Shown here: positions 36,277 to 45,030 of the stretch, piece after piece
How the letters are laid out: each line of letters opens with the position of its first letter
Position numbering within the stretch: the stretch's first letter is position 1
From: a virus
Virus record (IMG/VR): IMGVR_UViG_3300031951_000028
Length of the DNA stretch: 64,000 bases
Reading direction: 5' to 3' (one strand)
Made by a program: the position numbers and the translations under genes
The notes under the pieces: generated by a model
Database searches by the model: none
What the model was told of the DNA's origin: nothing
The model's input: the letters and a program-made list of their open reading frames with translations, nothing else

Positions 36277-37353
36277 ATGAAACTTTTATTCATCCCTTCT
36301 GGTCATCCTTTAATGGAGGCAGATTTATGTTTGATGTGGGAAAAGTTAGGTATAGATTGGATATCTACTGGATACTACTCTAAGTCAGAAAAGCCAGGCG
36401 ATCTCCCATATATAAATTCAATGAAGCATAAAAATTTATTGAATCTATTAGATAAAGAAACTAAATGGACTTATGATTCTGATAGGCCAAATCATCATTG
36501 TGGACAAAAAAATTTTCAATGGACCGGTCAAGTAATTAATAACTGTTTTTCTTTTTCTAGAAAATTTATAGAGAATTTTGACTGTGTAGTGGCCACTCAT
36601 TTTGTTGATACTATATATAATAATATTAATGTTTTACGAAATAAAAGATTATTTTTATATACTTATGGAATGCATTATTTAGAAGATGAGAAAAAAATTA
36701 TTGAATTAAAAGAAAAACATGGGCTAACTGTTATTAGAAATTCGCCAATGGAAAAGTTGCGACCAGGAGCAATCGCGGCAAACGATCCTGTTATACGTGG
36801 TTGTATAGTTAAAGACCATGAAGAATTATCTGGGTGGAACGGTGAGACAAATAATTTTTGTACTTTTTCTTCTTTTATTAATTTGCCTGATAAATTATGC
36901 CAAACTCGTAGGAAATATTATACAGAGATTATTAAGAAAACTAAAAGAGAGTGCCATTTATTTGGCATCAATAGTGGCACATTTTTAAAACACGAAGATA
37001 AACTTAATGTTCTTAGAAACTATAGGGCTAATCTAGTAATAGGCTCTCCTAATGCCAATAATACATACAGTTTTGTTGAAGCGTGGGTTATGGGGCAGCC
37101 AGTAGTATGCTTTGGGCCAGAAATGTGGCAAACTAAATATTCTGAGCCAGCTACATTAATTGAAAATGGAGTTAATGGTTTTATAGGAAATACTGTTGAT
37201 GAATGTATTGAATACTTGAATTTATTAGGTGATGATTTTGAGTTGGCTAAGAAAATAGGCGCGGCAGGCAGAGCTTCTGCCTTACAATATTATAGTAGAG
37301 ATATATTAGCTGATAAGTGGAAAACTTTATTTGTACAAAATGGATTAATTTAA
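36277..37353 (+). CDS. Glycosyltransferase, GT-B (GT4-like)
   Basis: SFVEAWVMGQPVV, IENGVNGF, IGAAGR. Confidence 0.8.
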   Translation: MKLLFIPSGHPLMEADLCLMWEKLGIDWISTGYYSKSEKPGDLPYINSMKHKNLLNLLDKETKWTYDSDRPNHHCGQKNFQWTGQVINNCFSFSRKFIENFDCVVATHFVDTIYNNINVLRNKRLFLYTYGMHYLEDEKKIIELKEKHGLTVIRNSPMEKLRPGAIAANDPVIRGCIVKDHEELSGWNGETNNFCTFSSFINLPDKLCQTRRKYYTEIIKKTKRECHLFGINSGTFLKHEDKLNVLRNYRANLVIGSPNANNTYSFVEAWVMGQPVVCFGPEMWQTKYSEPATLIENGVNGFIGNTVDECIEYLNLLGDDFELAKKIGAAGRASALQYYSRDILADKWKTLFVQNGLI

Positions 37354-38198
37354 TGGATATTTTATTATTAGGCGCTGGAAGAAGAATATCTTTAATTGAG
37401 CGTTTTCAGAAAAAAGGGTTTAATGTTTCAGTATATGAAACTGAAGACAACGCCCCTTCAAATTTAATAGCTAAAAATTGTAAACATCTTTATAATAATG
37501 ATAAAGAGGTTTGCGCGGCCCATCCTTGGTATCTAGCTTGTATGGATAAATTAACTATATTAGATTATCCTAATTATATAGGAAGCCCATTCACTGCATC
37601 TTATGCTTGTTATGATAAGGCTGGTTTTGAAGCTATTGTTGGTTTTTACTTTGCTAAATATTATCCTTTTTCCAGAATGTGGGATTCCAAAATTATTAAA
37701 CCGCGTTTTGGCAATAGTAGTAAAGGGTTTAGGCCAGCTAATTGGAATGAAGATTTTAATTATAAAACCGAAGTAATGCAAAAAAAACTTGATGGGGCCG
37801 AATACTCAGTAGATTGTTATTTCAATAGAAATTCAAAATTTATTGGTGGCGTATCTAGAATTAGACAAAGAGTCGCGGGCGGCGAGGTTATAGACTCACA
37901 AGTAGATATGAAATATGATATGCTTGAAGTCACTGCCACTATTGGTGAATTTTTTAATATGAGAGGTCCCGCATGCTTCCAATATATGCTTGCTGATGAT
38001 GGGTCTTTCAAATTATTTGAGATAAACGCTAGGGCCGGTGGAGGAATTATTTTATCTATGGAAGCTGGATTAGATATCGCAGAATATATAAAACAGGAAT
38101 ATTATTTAGAAAAAGAAGTAAAGCCAATAGATTTAAATTCTATTAATAATGGCTTAATTATGAGAAGAGTTAATAAGGAGTTTTTCTTTAATGCCTAA
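37353..38198 (+). CDS. ATP-grasp protein
   Basis: AGRR, C.DK, IKPRFG.SSKG, EYSVD, FEINAR.GGG. Confidence 0.85.
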   Translation: MDILLLGAGRRISLIERFQKKGFNVSVYETEDNAPSNLIAKNCKHLYNNDKEVCAAHPWYLACMDKLTILDYPNYIGSPFTASYACYDKAGFEAIVGFYFAKYYPFSRMWDSKIIKPRFGNSSKGFRPANWNEDFNYKTEVMQKKLDGAEYSVDCYFNRNSKFIGGVSRIRQRVAGGEVIDSQVDMKYDMLEVTATIGEFFNMRGPACFQYMLADDGSFKLFEINARAGGGIILSMEAGLDIAEYIKQEYYLEKEVKPIDLNSINNGLIMRRVNKEFFFNA

Positions 38199-38508
38199 AA
38201 CTATAGTAATTGATATGGATGGAACTATATGTGAAGAGTGTAGCACTTTTGATAAGTATTGTGCGCAACCGAAGATTGGCGCGATTCAATCAATAAATCA
38301 TTTATATGAAGAAGGTAATATAATTATTATTTATACGGCTCGCGCATGGCCTATGTTTAAAATGACTAAAGACTGGCTTGAAAAATATGGAGTAAACTAC
38401 CATACTTTAATTTGTGGGAAGCCTCAAGCTGATTATTTTATAGATGATAGATCATTTACATCTATAAATCAATTTATGAATTATAAGAAGGATCATTTAA
38501 ATGGCTAA
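38191..38508 (+). CDS. Small HAD phosphatase (capsule-biosynthesis type)
   Basis: IDMDGTIC, YTAR, T..WL, GKP.AD.FIDDR. Confidence 0.85.
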   Translation: MPKTIVIDMDGTICEECSTFDKYCAQPKIGAIQSINHLYEEGNIIIIYTARAWPMFKMTKDWLEKYGVNYHTLICGKPQADYFIDDRSFTSINQFMNYKKDHLNG

Positions 38509-39226
38509 GCCAAAAATTGCAGTATGCTCAATGTTTAGAGATTCACAGGTTTGGTTTAATAAACAAACTAATCAAGTATACAGATTGTTTTCATCTCTAT
38601 TAGATCAAACATATGGATTTGAAAATTTACAATGTTATTTTTTAGAGGGTGACTCGTTAGATAACACTAATGAAGTTTTACAAAATCTTGTAGAAAAATA
38701 TAGTAATGTAAAACTCTTTAATAAAGAGGCAACATTTAACAGCGTGGTCTCAACCACTAATAAAAATAGAATTAAATCAATGTCAAATTTAGGTTCGTAT
38801 TTAATTAACCAAGTGGAAGAAGATTTAATATTTTGGGTAGAATCAGATCTTATTATAAAACCAGATATTATACAAAGACTTTATGATAGAATGACTAAAA
38901 TTCCTGAAAGTGTTAGTTCTGTTATTTCCGCTCCTTGTTATTATGGTAAAGATGGCCAATTTTATGATACTTGGGCCTATAGGAATCTAGATGGTTCTAA
39001 CTGGCGTCCAGATACTAATATGAGAAATTCTGGTATGGTAAAAATGCAGAGCGTTGGTTCTTGCGCGTTAATACGCCGAGCTAATAATCTCGCTGTTAAT
39101 TTTGGTGACGGGGCTTTTGTTGAATTGTGTGAACGAGTTAATAATTCTGGTGGAGTTGTATACGCTGATTGCAATCAATCGGTAGAGCATCCAAGAAACG
39201 AATTCATATCAGGGAGATGGATATGA
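38501..39226 (+). CDS. GT-A fold glycosyltransferase (Anp1-like/GT2-like)
   Basis: EGDSLDNT, WVESDL, FYDTWAYR, SVGSC. Confidence 0.65.
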   Translation: MAKPKIAVCSMFRDSQVWFNKQTNQVYRLFSSLLDQTYGFENLQCYFLEGDSLDNTNEVLQNLVEKYSNVKLFNKEATFNSVVSTTNKNRIKSMSNLGSYLINQVEEDLIFWVESDLIIKPDIIQRLYDRMTKIPESVSSVISAPCYYGKDGQFYDTWAYRNLDGSNWRPDTNMRNSGMVKMQSVGSCALIRRANNLAVNFGDGAFVELCERVNNSGGVVYADCNQSVEHPRNEFISGRWI

Positions 39227-39978
39227 TAGGTATAATGATAACTGCAACAAATAATTATTTCCCTTTAGGGTTAAGATTTGTTCATAGATATCTTAGGTTT
39301 TCTAAACAGGCAGAAGAAACTTTATTCTTTTTCTTTTCTGAAAAGGATCCTAGTGAATACCTTAAACAGCATGAATCTACTAAAGTGATATGGATAAAAA
39401 CAGAACATAGTAATTGGTTAGAGGGCGTAAATAATAGATTCAAAAATACTATAGATTTTGTTTTTGGAAAAAATATAGATTATATATATAATATAGATTC
39501 TGACACTAATTTTGATAAAAGTTTTGAATTGCCAAAAGTTAATGGTATTGTGGCTGGTGAACATTTTGGTAATAATAGCTGGATGAAAGATAGAAAAAAT
39601 TACGATAGAAATCCTCAATCTATGTCATACGTTCCAGAAAATACTCAATTACCACAAATGTATTATTTGGGCGCGTTTTGGGGAGGTGAGGTATCAAAAG
39701 TAAAAGAGATGTGCGCAACCCTCTATTTTTGGCAAGTGCAAGATAAAACAATTAATTATGAGCCAGGAGTAAATGATGAAAGTTATTTAAATAAATATCT
39801 TCATTATAATCCTCCAAACTATACAATCTTATATAAAGATTTCCCAATGATGATATCTTGTAAAGGGGGAATACAGAATATAAGATATAATAATCCTGCC
39901 CAAATAGAAAAACTTTTAAAAGATATTAAAATTGCTAATAATTGGAATATATTAAATGGAGTAGTACAACATGATTAA
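39223..39978 (+). CDS. Family 6 glycosyltransferase (ABO/alpha-1,3-Gal(NAc) transferase-like)
   Basis: IG....ATNNY, DSD, YDRNP.S..Y, YYLGAFWGG, NDESYLNKY. Confidence 0.85.
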   Translation: MIGIMITATNNYFPLGLRFVHRYLRFSKQAEETLFFFFSEKDPSEYLKQHESTKVIWIKTEHSNWLEGVNNRFKNTIDFVFGKNIDYIYNIDSDTNFDKSFELPKVNGIVAGEHFGNNSWMKDRKNYDRNPQSMSYVPENTQLPQMYYLGAFWGGEVSKVKEMCATLYFWQVQDKTINYEPGVNDESYLNKYLHYNPPNYTILYKDFPMMISCKGGIQNIRYNNPAQIEKLLKDIKIANNWNILNGVVQHD

Positions 39979-40258
39979 AAAAATATTAAAGTTTTTATCT
40001 GAATATTGGCCATTAGCTCTTGGAAGTTTATGTGCTTTATTTTTTGTAGGAGTGTCTATTGCTTTTTATTGTTCTGTAATAGCTTTTCAAGACTCTCGAA
40101 AAGCGCATAAAAACACACAAAAATTAGAACCTTTTATTGTTCTCGGTCAAGATTTGCGTGGTTATGAAATAAGGAAAGATCAAAGCAAATATTGGATTTT
40201 TACTAATGGTTCTGGTGAACCTGTAGTTGTAGATGTAACTTACAAGCCGGGGTTTTAA
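39971..40258 (+). CDS. Membrane-anchored hypothetical protein
   Basis: N-terminal hydrophobic helix. Confidence 0.6.
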   Translation: MIKKILKFLSEYWPLALGSLCALFFVGVSIAFYCSVIAFQDSRKAHKNTQKLEPFIVLGQDLRGYEIRKDQSKYWIFTNGSGEPVVVDVTYKPGF

Positions 40259-41199
40259 TGAGATTATTTATTACTGGTGGTAGTGGTTATTTAGGCAAGC
40301 ACTTAATAAAACACTACTATAATAAAGCAGACATCACTATTTTTTCTAGAGATGAAGCTAAGCAGTTTTTAATTAAGCAGCAATATCCAGATGTCAAATG
40401 CGTACTTGGAGATGTAAGAAATTATGATAGTCTTTTAAGAGCAATGAGACAATATTGGCCTACGCACGCAGTGTTTGCTGCTTCTATGAAACATATAGAT
40501 GCTTGTAGAGATAATTATCAAGAAGCTAATGATATTATAGTTAAGGGCGCTTTCAATAGTAGACAAGCTGCTGAAGAATGCGGAGTAGATGCTGCATGTT
40601 TTATTTCTTCTGATAAAAGTAGAGCAGCGACAACTATTTATGGCTCAATGAAATACACGGCTGGTGAAGCTTTTATTACAAATCCAACTGATATGAAAGT
40701 TAATACTTTAGTATATGGAAATGTAATGAATAGTACTGGATCTATAATTCCTAAAATTTGGGAGACTATTAGATCTAACACCAATAGTTATGGTCGTTAT
40801 CTATCTTTATATCATTCAGATATGACTAGATTTTTATATGATATTAAAGATGCTGTATCTTTAATTGATTATGCACTATCTCCGGAAGCTCCTAATGGAA
40901 CTACTATGGTGCCATATATCAAAAGTTTTAAAATTATAGATTTATTTAATTTATATACCCAGCAATTTGGCTTGACATGGAATCTAAGCTCGCCAAGGCC
41001 TGGTGAAAAACTTCACGAAATTCTTATTTCTAAAGAAGAATGGGCTCGGACGACAGAAGATCCTTATAGATCATTATATTTTATCCATAATGATTTCCAG
41101 AATAAATTAAATTTTGATACAGATTTCTCAAGTAGAGATTATTGTATAAGCAAAACAGAATTAAAAATGTATTTAGAACAAAATGGATGGTTTAAATGA
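40258..41199 (+). CDS. UDP-GlcNAc 4,6-dehydratase (PseB/FnlA/CapD family)
   Basis: TGGSGYLG, SRDEAKQ, GDVR, AAS.KH, SSDK, YGSMK, YGNV..S.GS, MTRF, RPGEKLHE. Confidence 0.9.
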   Translation: MRLFITGGSGYLGKHLIKHYYNKADITIFSRDEAKQFLIKQQYPDVKCVLGDVRNYDSLLRAMRQYWPTHAVFAASMKHIDACRDNYQEANDIIVKGAFNSRQAAEECGVDAACFISSDKSRAATTIYGSMKYTAGEAFITNPTDMKVNTLVYGNVMNSTGSIIPKIWETIRSNTNSYGRYLSLYHSDMTRFLYDIKDAVSLIDYALSPEAPNGTTMVPYIKSFKIIDLFNLYTQQFGLTWNLSSPRPGEKLHEILISKEEWARTTEDPYRSLYFIHNDFQNKLNFDTDFSSRDYCISKTELKMYLEQNGWFK

Positions 41200-42041
41200 A
41201 GATATTTATATTCGGCGCGAATGGAATGCTGGGGTCATATTTAAGTAATTTTTTCTCTAACGCAAATGCCGTACCAATCACAAGACAAGATATAGATATA
41301 ACTAAAGTAAATGCAAGATCTATTTCTTCATTTCTTAGAAACCGAGGGCTTAAATATGGAGACGTTGTTATTAATGCTGCTGGCATAATCAAACAACGCA
41401 AGTCAACGCCCGAGGAAATGTTTTTAGTTAATACCGTATTTCCTAAATATTTATCTGACATCTGCACAAAACTTGGGTCCAAAAATATACATATCTCTAC
41501 TGATTGTGTATTTAGTGGTTTAGACAATAGTGTATATATGGAATCAGATTACCCTACTCCTAATGATTATTATGGTTTTACAAAATATGCTGGTGAACAG
41601 CATAATGTAACTTTAATCAGAACCTCAATAATTGGTGAAGATAAGACTGGCTTAAGTTTATTAGGCTGGGCGCGCAAAAACGCAGGTAAAGAGATAGACG
41701 GTTATATTAATCATTATTGGAATGGTTTAACTTGTTTAGAGTTGTGTAAGTATATAGATTGTTTATTAATAAAAGATAGGTTATTTACTGGTTTACAGCA
41801 TGTGGCTACTAGCATAAAAATAAGTAAATATGAATTATTAAATATATATAACGAAGTATTTGATTTAGGATTAACTATCAAACCACTTCATGCTACCTAT
41901 ACTTGTGATAGATCATTATGGTCTATGAAAGAGAATACTTATGATAATATTGTTTATATTAAAAACGATTATCACCAGCAAATGAAAGAACTTAAAGATG
42001 CGAAAAATATTTATAGTGACTTCGGTCATAGAGGCATCTAA
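41196..42041 (+). CDS. NDP-4-keto-6-deoxyhexose reductase (RmlD-like)
   Basis: GANGMLG, INAAG, ISTDCVFSG, YGFTK.AGE, RTSIIG. Confidence 0.9.
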   Translation: MKIFIFGANGMLGSYLSNFFSNANAVPITRQDIDITKVNARSISSFLRNRGLKYGDVVINAAGIIKQRKSTPEEMFLVNTVFPKYLSDICTKLGSKNIHISTDCVFSGLDNSVYMESDYPTPNDYYGFTKYAGEQHNVTLIRTSIIGEDKTGLSLLGWARKNAGKEIDGYINHYWNGLTCLELCKYIDCLLIKDRLFTGLQHVATSIKISKYELLNIYNEVFDLGLTIKPLHATYTCDRSLWSMKENTYDNIVYIKNDYHQQMKELKDAKNIYSDFGHRGI

Positions 42042-42729
42042 TTCAGTATTTTCAACTGAAATTAGATTAACCCAAACAATAGATACTATTGAATCTATAA
42101 GTAGACAGCAGCCGTCAGCAGATATTATATTTGTTGACGGCTCGCCTAATTCTTATGCTAAAATTATCAAGCGGATCAATCCAAAAATAAATTATATGCA
42201 TATAGCGCGCGAGCGGCCTGATTTGCTTAATGATGTATTATATAGTGATAATAAAAGTATAGGCGAGGCTACTTTAATTAAAGCAGTTATAGACCGTGAT
42301 TTACTTAAATTATTAGATTATGATTTTATTATTAAGGCCACAGGTAGATATTATTATGAGAATTTAAATGATAAATATTTTCAAGAATCCTCTGTTAATA
42401 AATTTCTTTTTATACAGAGCAAAGATGATGTTAGAGAATGGAATAATGGGCGTGTGGATTACTCCTTAATTAAGGACCTAAGATACCCTGATGGCAAGCG
42501 CCATATATTTAAAACTGGTTTGTACGCATTATCTACTAAAAAACTTTGGCGTTTTAGGGATAAGCTTGCAAACATTATTACCAAACTAAAAAATCCTCTA
42601 TACCAGAATTATGATATAGAGAATTTATTATATAATGAATTATTAGATGAGGTGGTGTCTAATAATATCATCAATGTTGATTGGAAAATTTTAGGTTGGT
42701 GCGCTAATGGTATTTTTGTTAATACTTAA
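41998..42729 (+). CDS. Putative glycosyltransferase-associated protein
   Basis: VTS.I...R..QT..TI.S, D.S, KSIGE, K.TGRY, DIE motifs seen in phage glycan loci. Confidence 0.55.
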   Translation: MRKIFIVTSVIEASNSVFSTEIRLTQTIDTIESISRQQPSADIIFVDGSPNSYAKIIKRINPKINYMHIARERPDLLNDVLYSDNKSIGEATLIKAVIDRDLLKLLDYDFIIKATGRYYYENLNDKYFQESSVNKFLFIQSKDDVREWNNGRVDYSLIKDLRYPDGKRHIFKTGLYALSTKKLWRFRDKLANIITKLKNPLYQNYDIENLLYNELLDEVVSNNIINVDWKILGWCANGIFVNT

Positions 42730-42956
42730 TCTTTGCGCCAAAAATAAGGAAATAATATATTTAATATATACTTTCTAGTTTCACAACTACAAGTGATATT
42801 ATTTATATCTCTACCCCAATTCCATGGAAGATATTTTTTCTTCCATTTAATATAAGACGCGCTGGTTATCCCTACGCAATGAAGCCAGTGCTCAACTGAG
42901 TCGCCCAAGCCACCTGGGCGGCTTTTTAATTCTTTATATTGTGGATATAGTTTCAT
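42726..42956 (-). CDS. Small phage protein with GLGD...CSC..R...LN motif
   Basis: TAATG coupling to the upstream gene. Confidence 0.7.
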   Translation of the reverse strand: MKLYPQYKELKSRPGGLGDSVEHWLHCVGITSASYIKWKKKYLPWNWGRDINNITCSCETRKYILNILFPYFWRKD

Positions 42957-43294
42957 TAATAAAACCAATTATAAACTAGAAAAGTTAATAATATAGCTTG
43001 ACATAGAGCTAGTGCATTAATTATTGTAAATGCATATTTTGGATTTAAATAAAGAATCCATCTCACGATTCCTAGTACAAGTATCGTCATAAACACTTTT
43101 ATTGCTACGAACCGTGAAACGTCCCATTCATCACAATGTAGAATTAAACGAGCTATTGGATTAAGCTCATATTCTGGTAAATTATCACAATATTTAATTG
43201 TTAAATATACGTCTACAGAACTAACAAAACCTATGAAAAGCCAGCATAGATAAAACCAAACACATTTAATTTTGTCTGAGTATTTTTTCAGCAT
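42956..43294 (-). CDS. Membrane protein (DUF5658-like)
   Basis: Three hydrophobic segments; D..LT...ELNP.A motif. Confidence 0.6.
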   Translation of the reverse strand: MLKKYSDKIKCVWFYLCWLFIGFVSSVDVYLTIKYCDNLPEYELNPIARLILHCDEWDVSRFVAIKVFMTILVLGIVRWILYLNPKYAFTIINALALCQAILLTFLVYNWFY

Positions 43295-44993
43295 TTTTTA
43301 TAGCTCTTTTAACTACTAGACGCGCTCCAGCCCTAATAAATGGCAGTTTGCGCCTATCTGCTTCGCTCTTTAACCAATCTAAAATAGTTTCTATATTATT
43401 ATTACACCATTCGCAGCCATTAATATTCATCATGGCGGCATATCTATTGCATGAGCAGTTAGGTGTAGCTTCTATTCCAAACATTTTAAGAACTTTTTTC
43501 AACTCAGTACCGGGCCCGATTTGAGGGTCCCATAAATAAATTGGTTTGGTTGGCCTATCTTCTTTCTGTTTAGAAAGCATTAATTGGCCAGAACCTTCAG
43601 AGTTTATTTCTGCAATAAACCACTCTGGATTCGCATCTACCCATTTCTTCACGTAAGCAATAAACTCAACTCCACCAGAAGTGTAGTTATTGAATATAAT
43701 TCTCTTTTGAGCCGAAGGTCCGGCCGCAGCTAAAAATGTATATAGATTAGTTTTATCCATTCCTAGTAATAATAGTACATCTACAGGTTCGATTTTCTGA
43801 GGGCGTTTAAAACCAAATCTTAAATCTATTAGATTATCTTTTGGTTTAATATTTTCAATACGCTCTATACTATTAGTATAAATCCAGTAAGTATCTGGTT
43901 TAGCTACTACTACAGGGATAGAATAATCTACAGTATCTCCAAACTCGCATACTGTTTTCATACCATCTATCTTTGATTTTAACCAAGCAAGTTCTGGCCT
44001 GTTTTTAGATATTATATCATAGGCTTCTTCTAAAGTTAAAGGTGTTTTAGATTTGGTTTCCATTAATAATTTTTCCCAATCCATTTCTTTAAATAAACCA
44101 GAACCAACAAAATGTTCTTTAACGGGTGTTAAATCTAACCCAAGCTCAGTGAAGCCAAGAATATAATTTCTTACTTTATTTTCTCTAGTTAGAGGATATT
44201 TAACTCCGCCCGGACGACCAAATCTATGCAACCATCTTAAAAATGGTAAACATATAGCTTTATGGCCTGCTTTTCTGAACTTCTCATGGATATAACCCTC
44301 TTCACCACCAAATCCGCGCATATCAGGATTAAACCCAAGCCACGCATGCTTCATACAAGTGAATAGACCTAATCCTTGTGCGGGAATTTCAAAAGGCTCT
44401 TCGTTGGGATCAGTAGCAAGTTCTTGATTAAACGTAAGTTTTTCTCCACAACTACATTTATTATCAACTATAGTTTGAGGGTTTAACTCCATAGTACAAG
44501 CTTGGCCTTCATTATTCTTACTATAAATAACGCCGCATTTGCATTTATACGCACTACCCCAAGTGCCCCACATTTCACTTCGCCAATATAAATTAAAGTG
44601 AGTGGCATAATTTTTTAAATTATCATAAAGCATTGGTCCAGAATATAAATTTTTAGTTTCTGGATCAGCGGTGTAAAATTCTATTAGTTTTTTAATAGCT
44701 TCTTTATCTAATAGAACATGACAGTCAATACATAGAACTGCATCGCCACTAGCTTCTTCAAACACCCTTTGTCTAGTTTGCGTAGTGCCGGTGCTTTCTT
44801 TCATTGCTATGTATTTAGCATTTGGCACCCAGCCCATAAATGATTTTACTGATTGGCCATGTGGCGAATCAGGAGAATTGTCAACCACTATAATTTCTAC
44901 ATCATTCAATTCATGATGCATTCTAAGTGATTGAATTGTAAAATAAACGCCGTCAAAATCCTCAAAATGAGCCATTCCAATTGTTAGTTTCAT
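43266..44993 (-). CDS. GT-A glycosyltransferase with ppGalNAc-T-like motifs, fused to a degenerate methyltransferase-like domain and a Cys-containing tail
   Basis: EIIVVDN, IDCH (DxH), GLGLF, GFGGEE, LHRF; GAGGA RBS. Confidence 0.8.
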   Translation of the reverse strand: MKLTIGMAHFEDFDGVYFTIQSLRMHHELNDVEIIVVDNSPDSPHGQSVKSFMGWVPNAKYIAMKESTGTTQTRQRVFEEASGDAVLCIDCHVLLDKEAIKKLIEFYTADPETKNLYSGPMLYDNLKNYATHFNLYWRSEMWGTWGSAYKCKCGVIYSKNNEGQACTMELNPQTIVDNKCSCGEKLTFNQELATDPNEEPFEIPAQGLGLFTCMKHAWLGFNPDMRGFGGEEGYIHEKFRKAGHKAICLPFLRWLHRFGRPGGVKYPLTRENKVRNYILGFTELGLDLTPVKEHFVGSGLFKEMDWEKLLMETKSKTPLTLEEAYDIISKNRPELAWLKSKIDGMKTVCEFGDTVDYSIPVVVAKPDTYWIYTNSIERIENIKPKDNLIDLRFGFKRPQKIEPVDVLLLLGMDKTNLYTFLAAAGPSAQKRIIFNNYTSGGVEFIAYVKKWVDANPEWFIAEINSEGSGQLMLSKQKEDRPTKPIYLWDPQIGPGTELKKVLKMFGIEATPNCSCNRYAAMMNINGCEWCNNNIETILDWLKSEADRRKLPFIRAGARLVVKRAIKNAEKILRQN

Positions 44994-45030
44994 AATATCC
45001 TCTATCTTTTATCTTAAAACACTATCTTGT

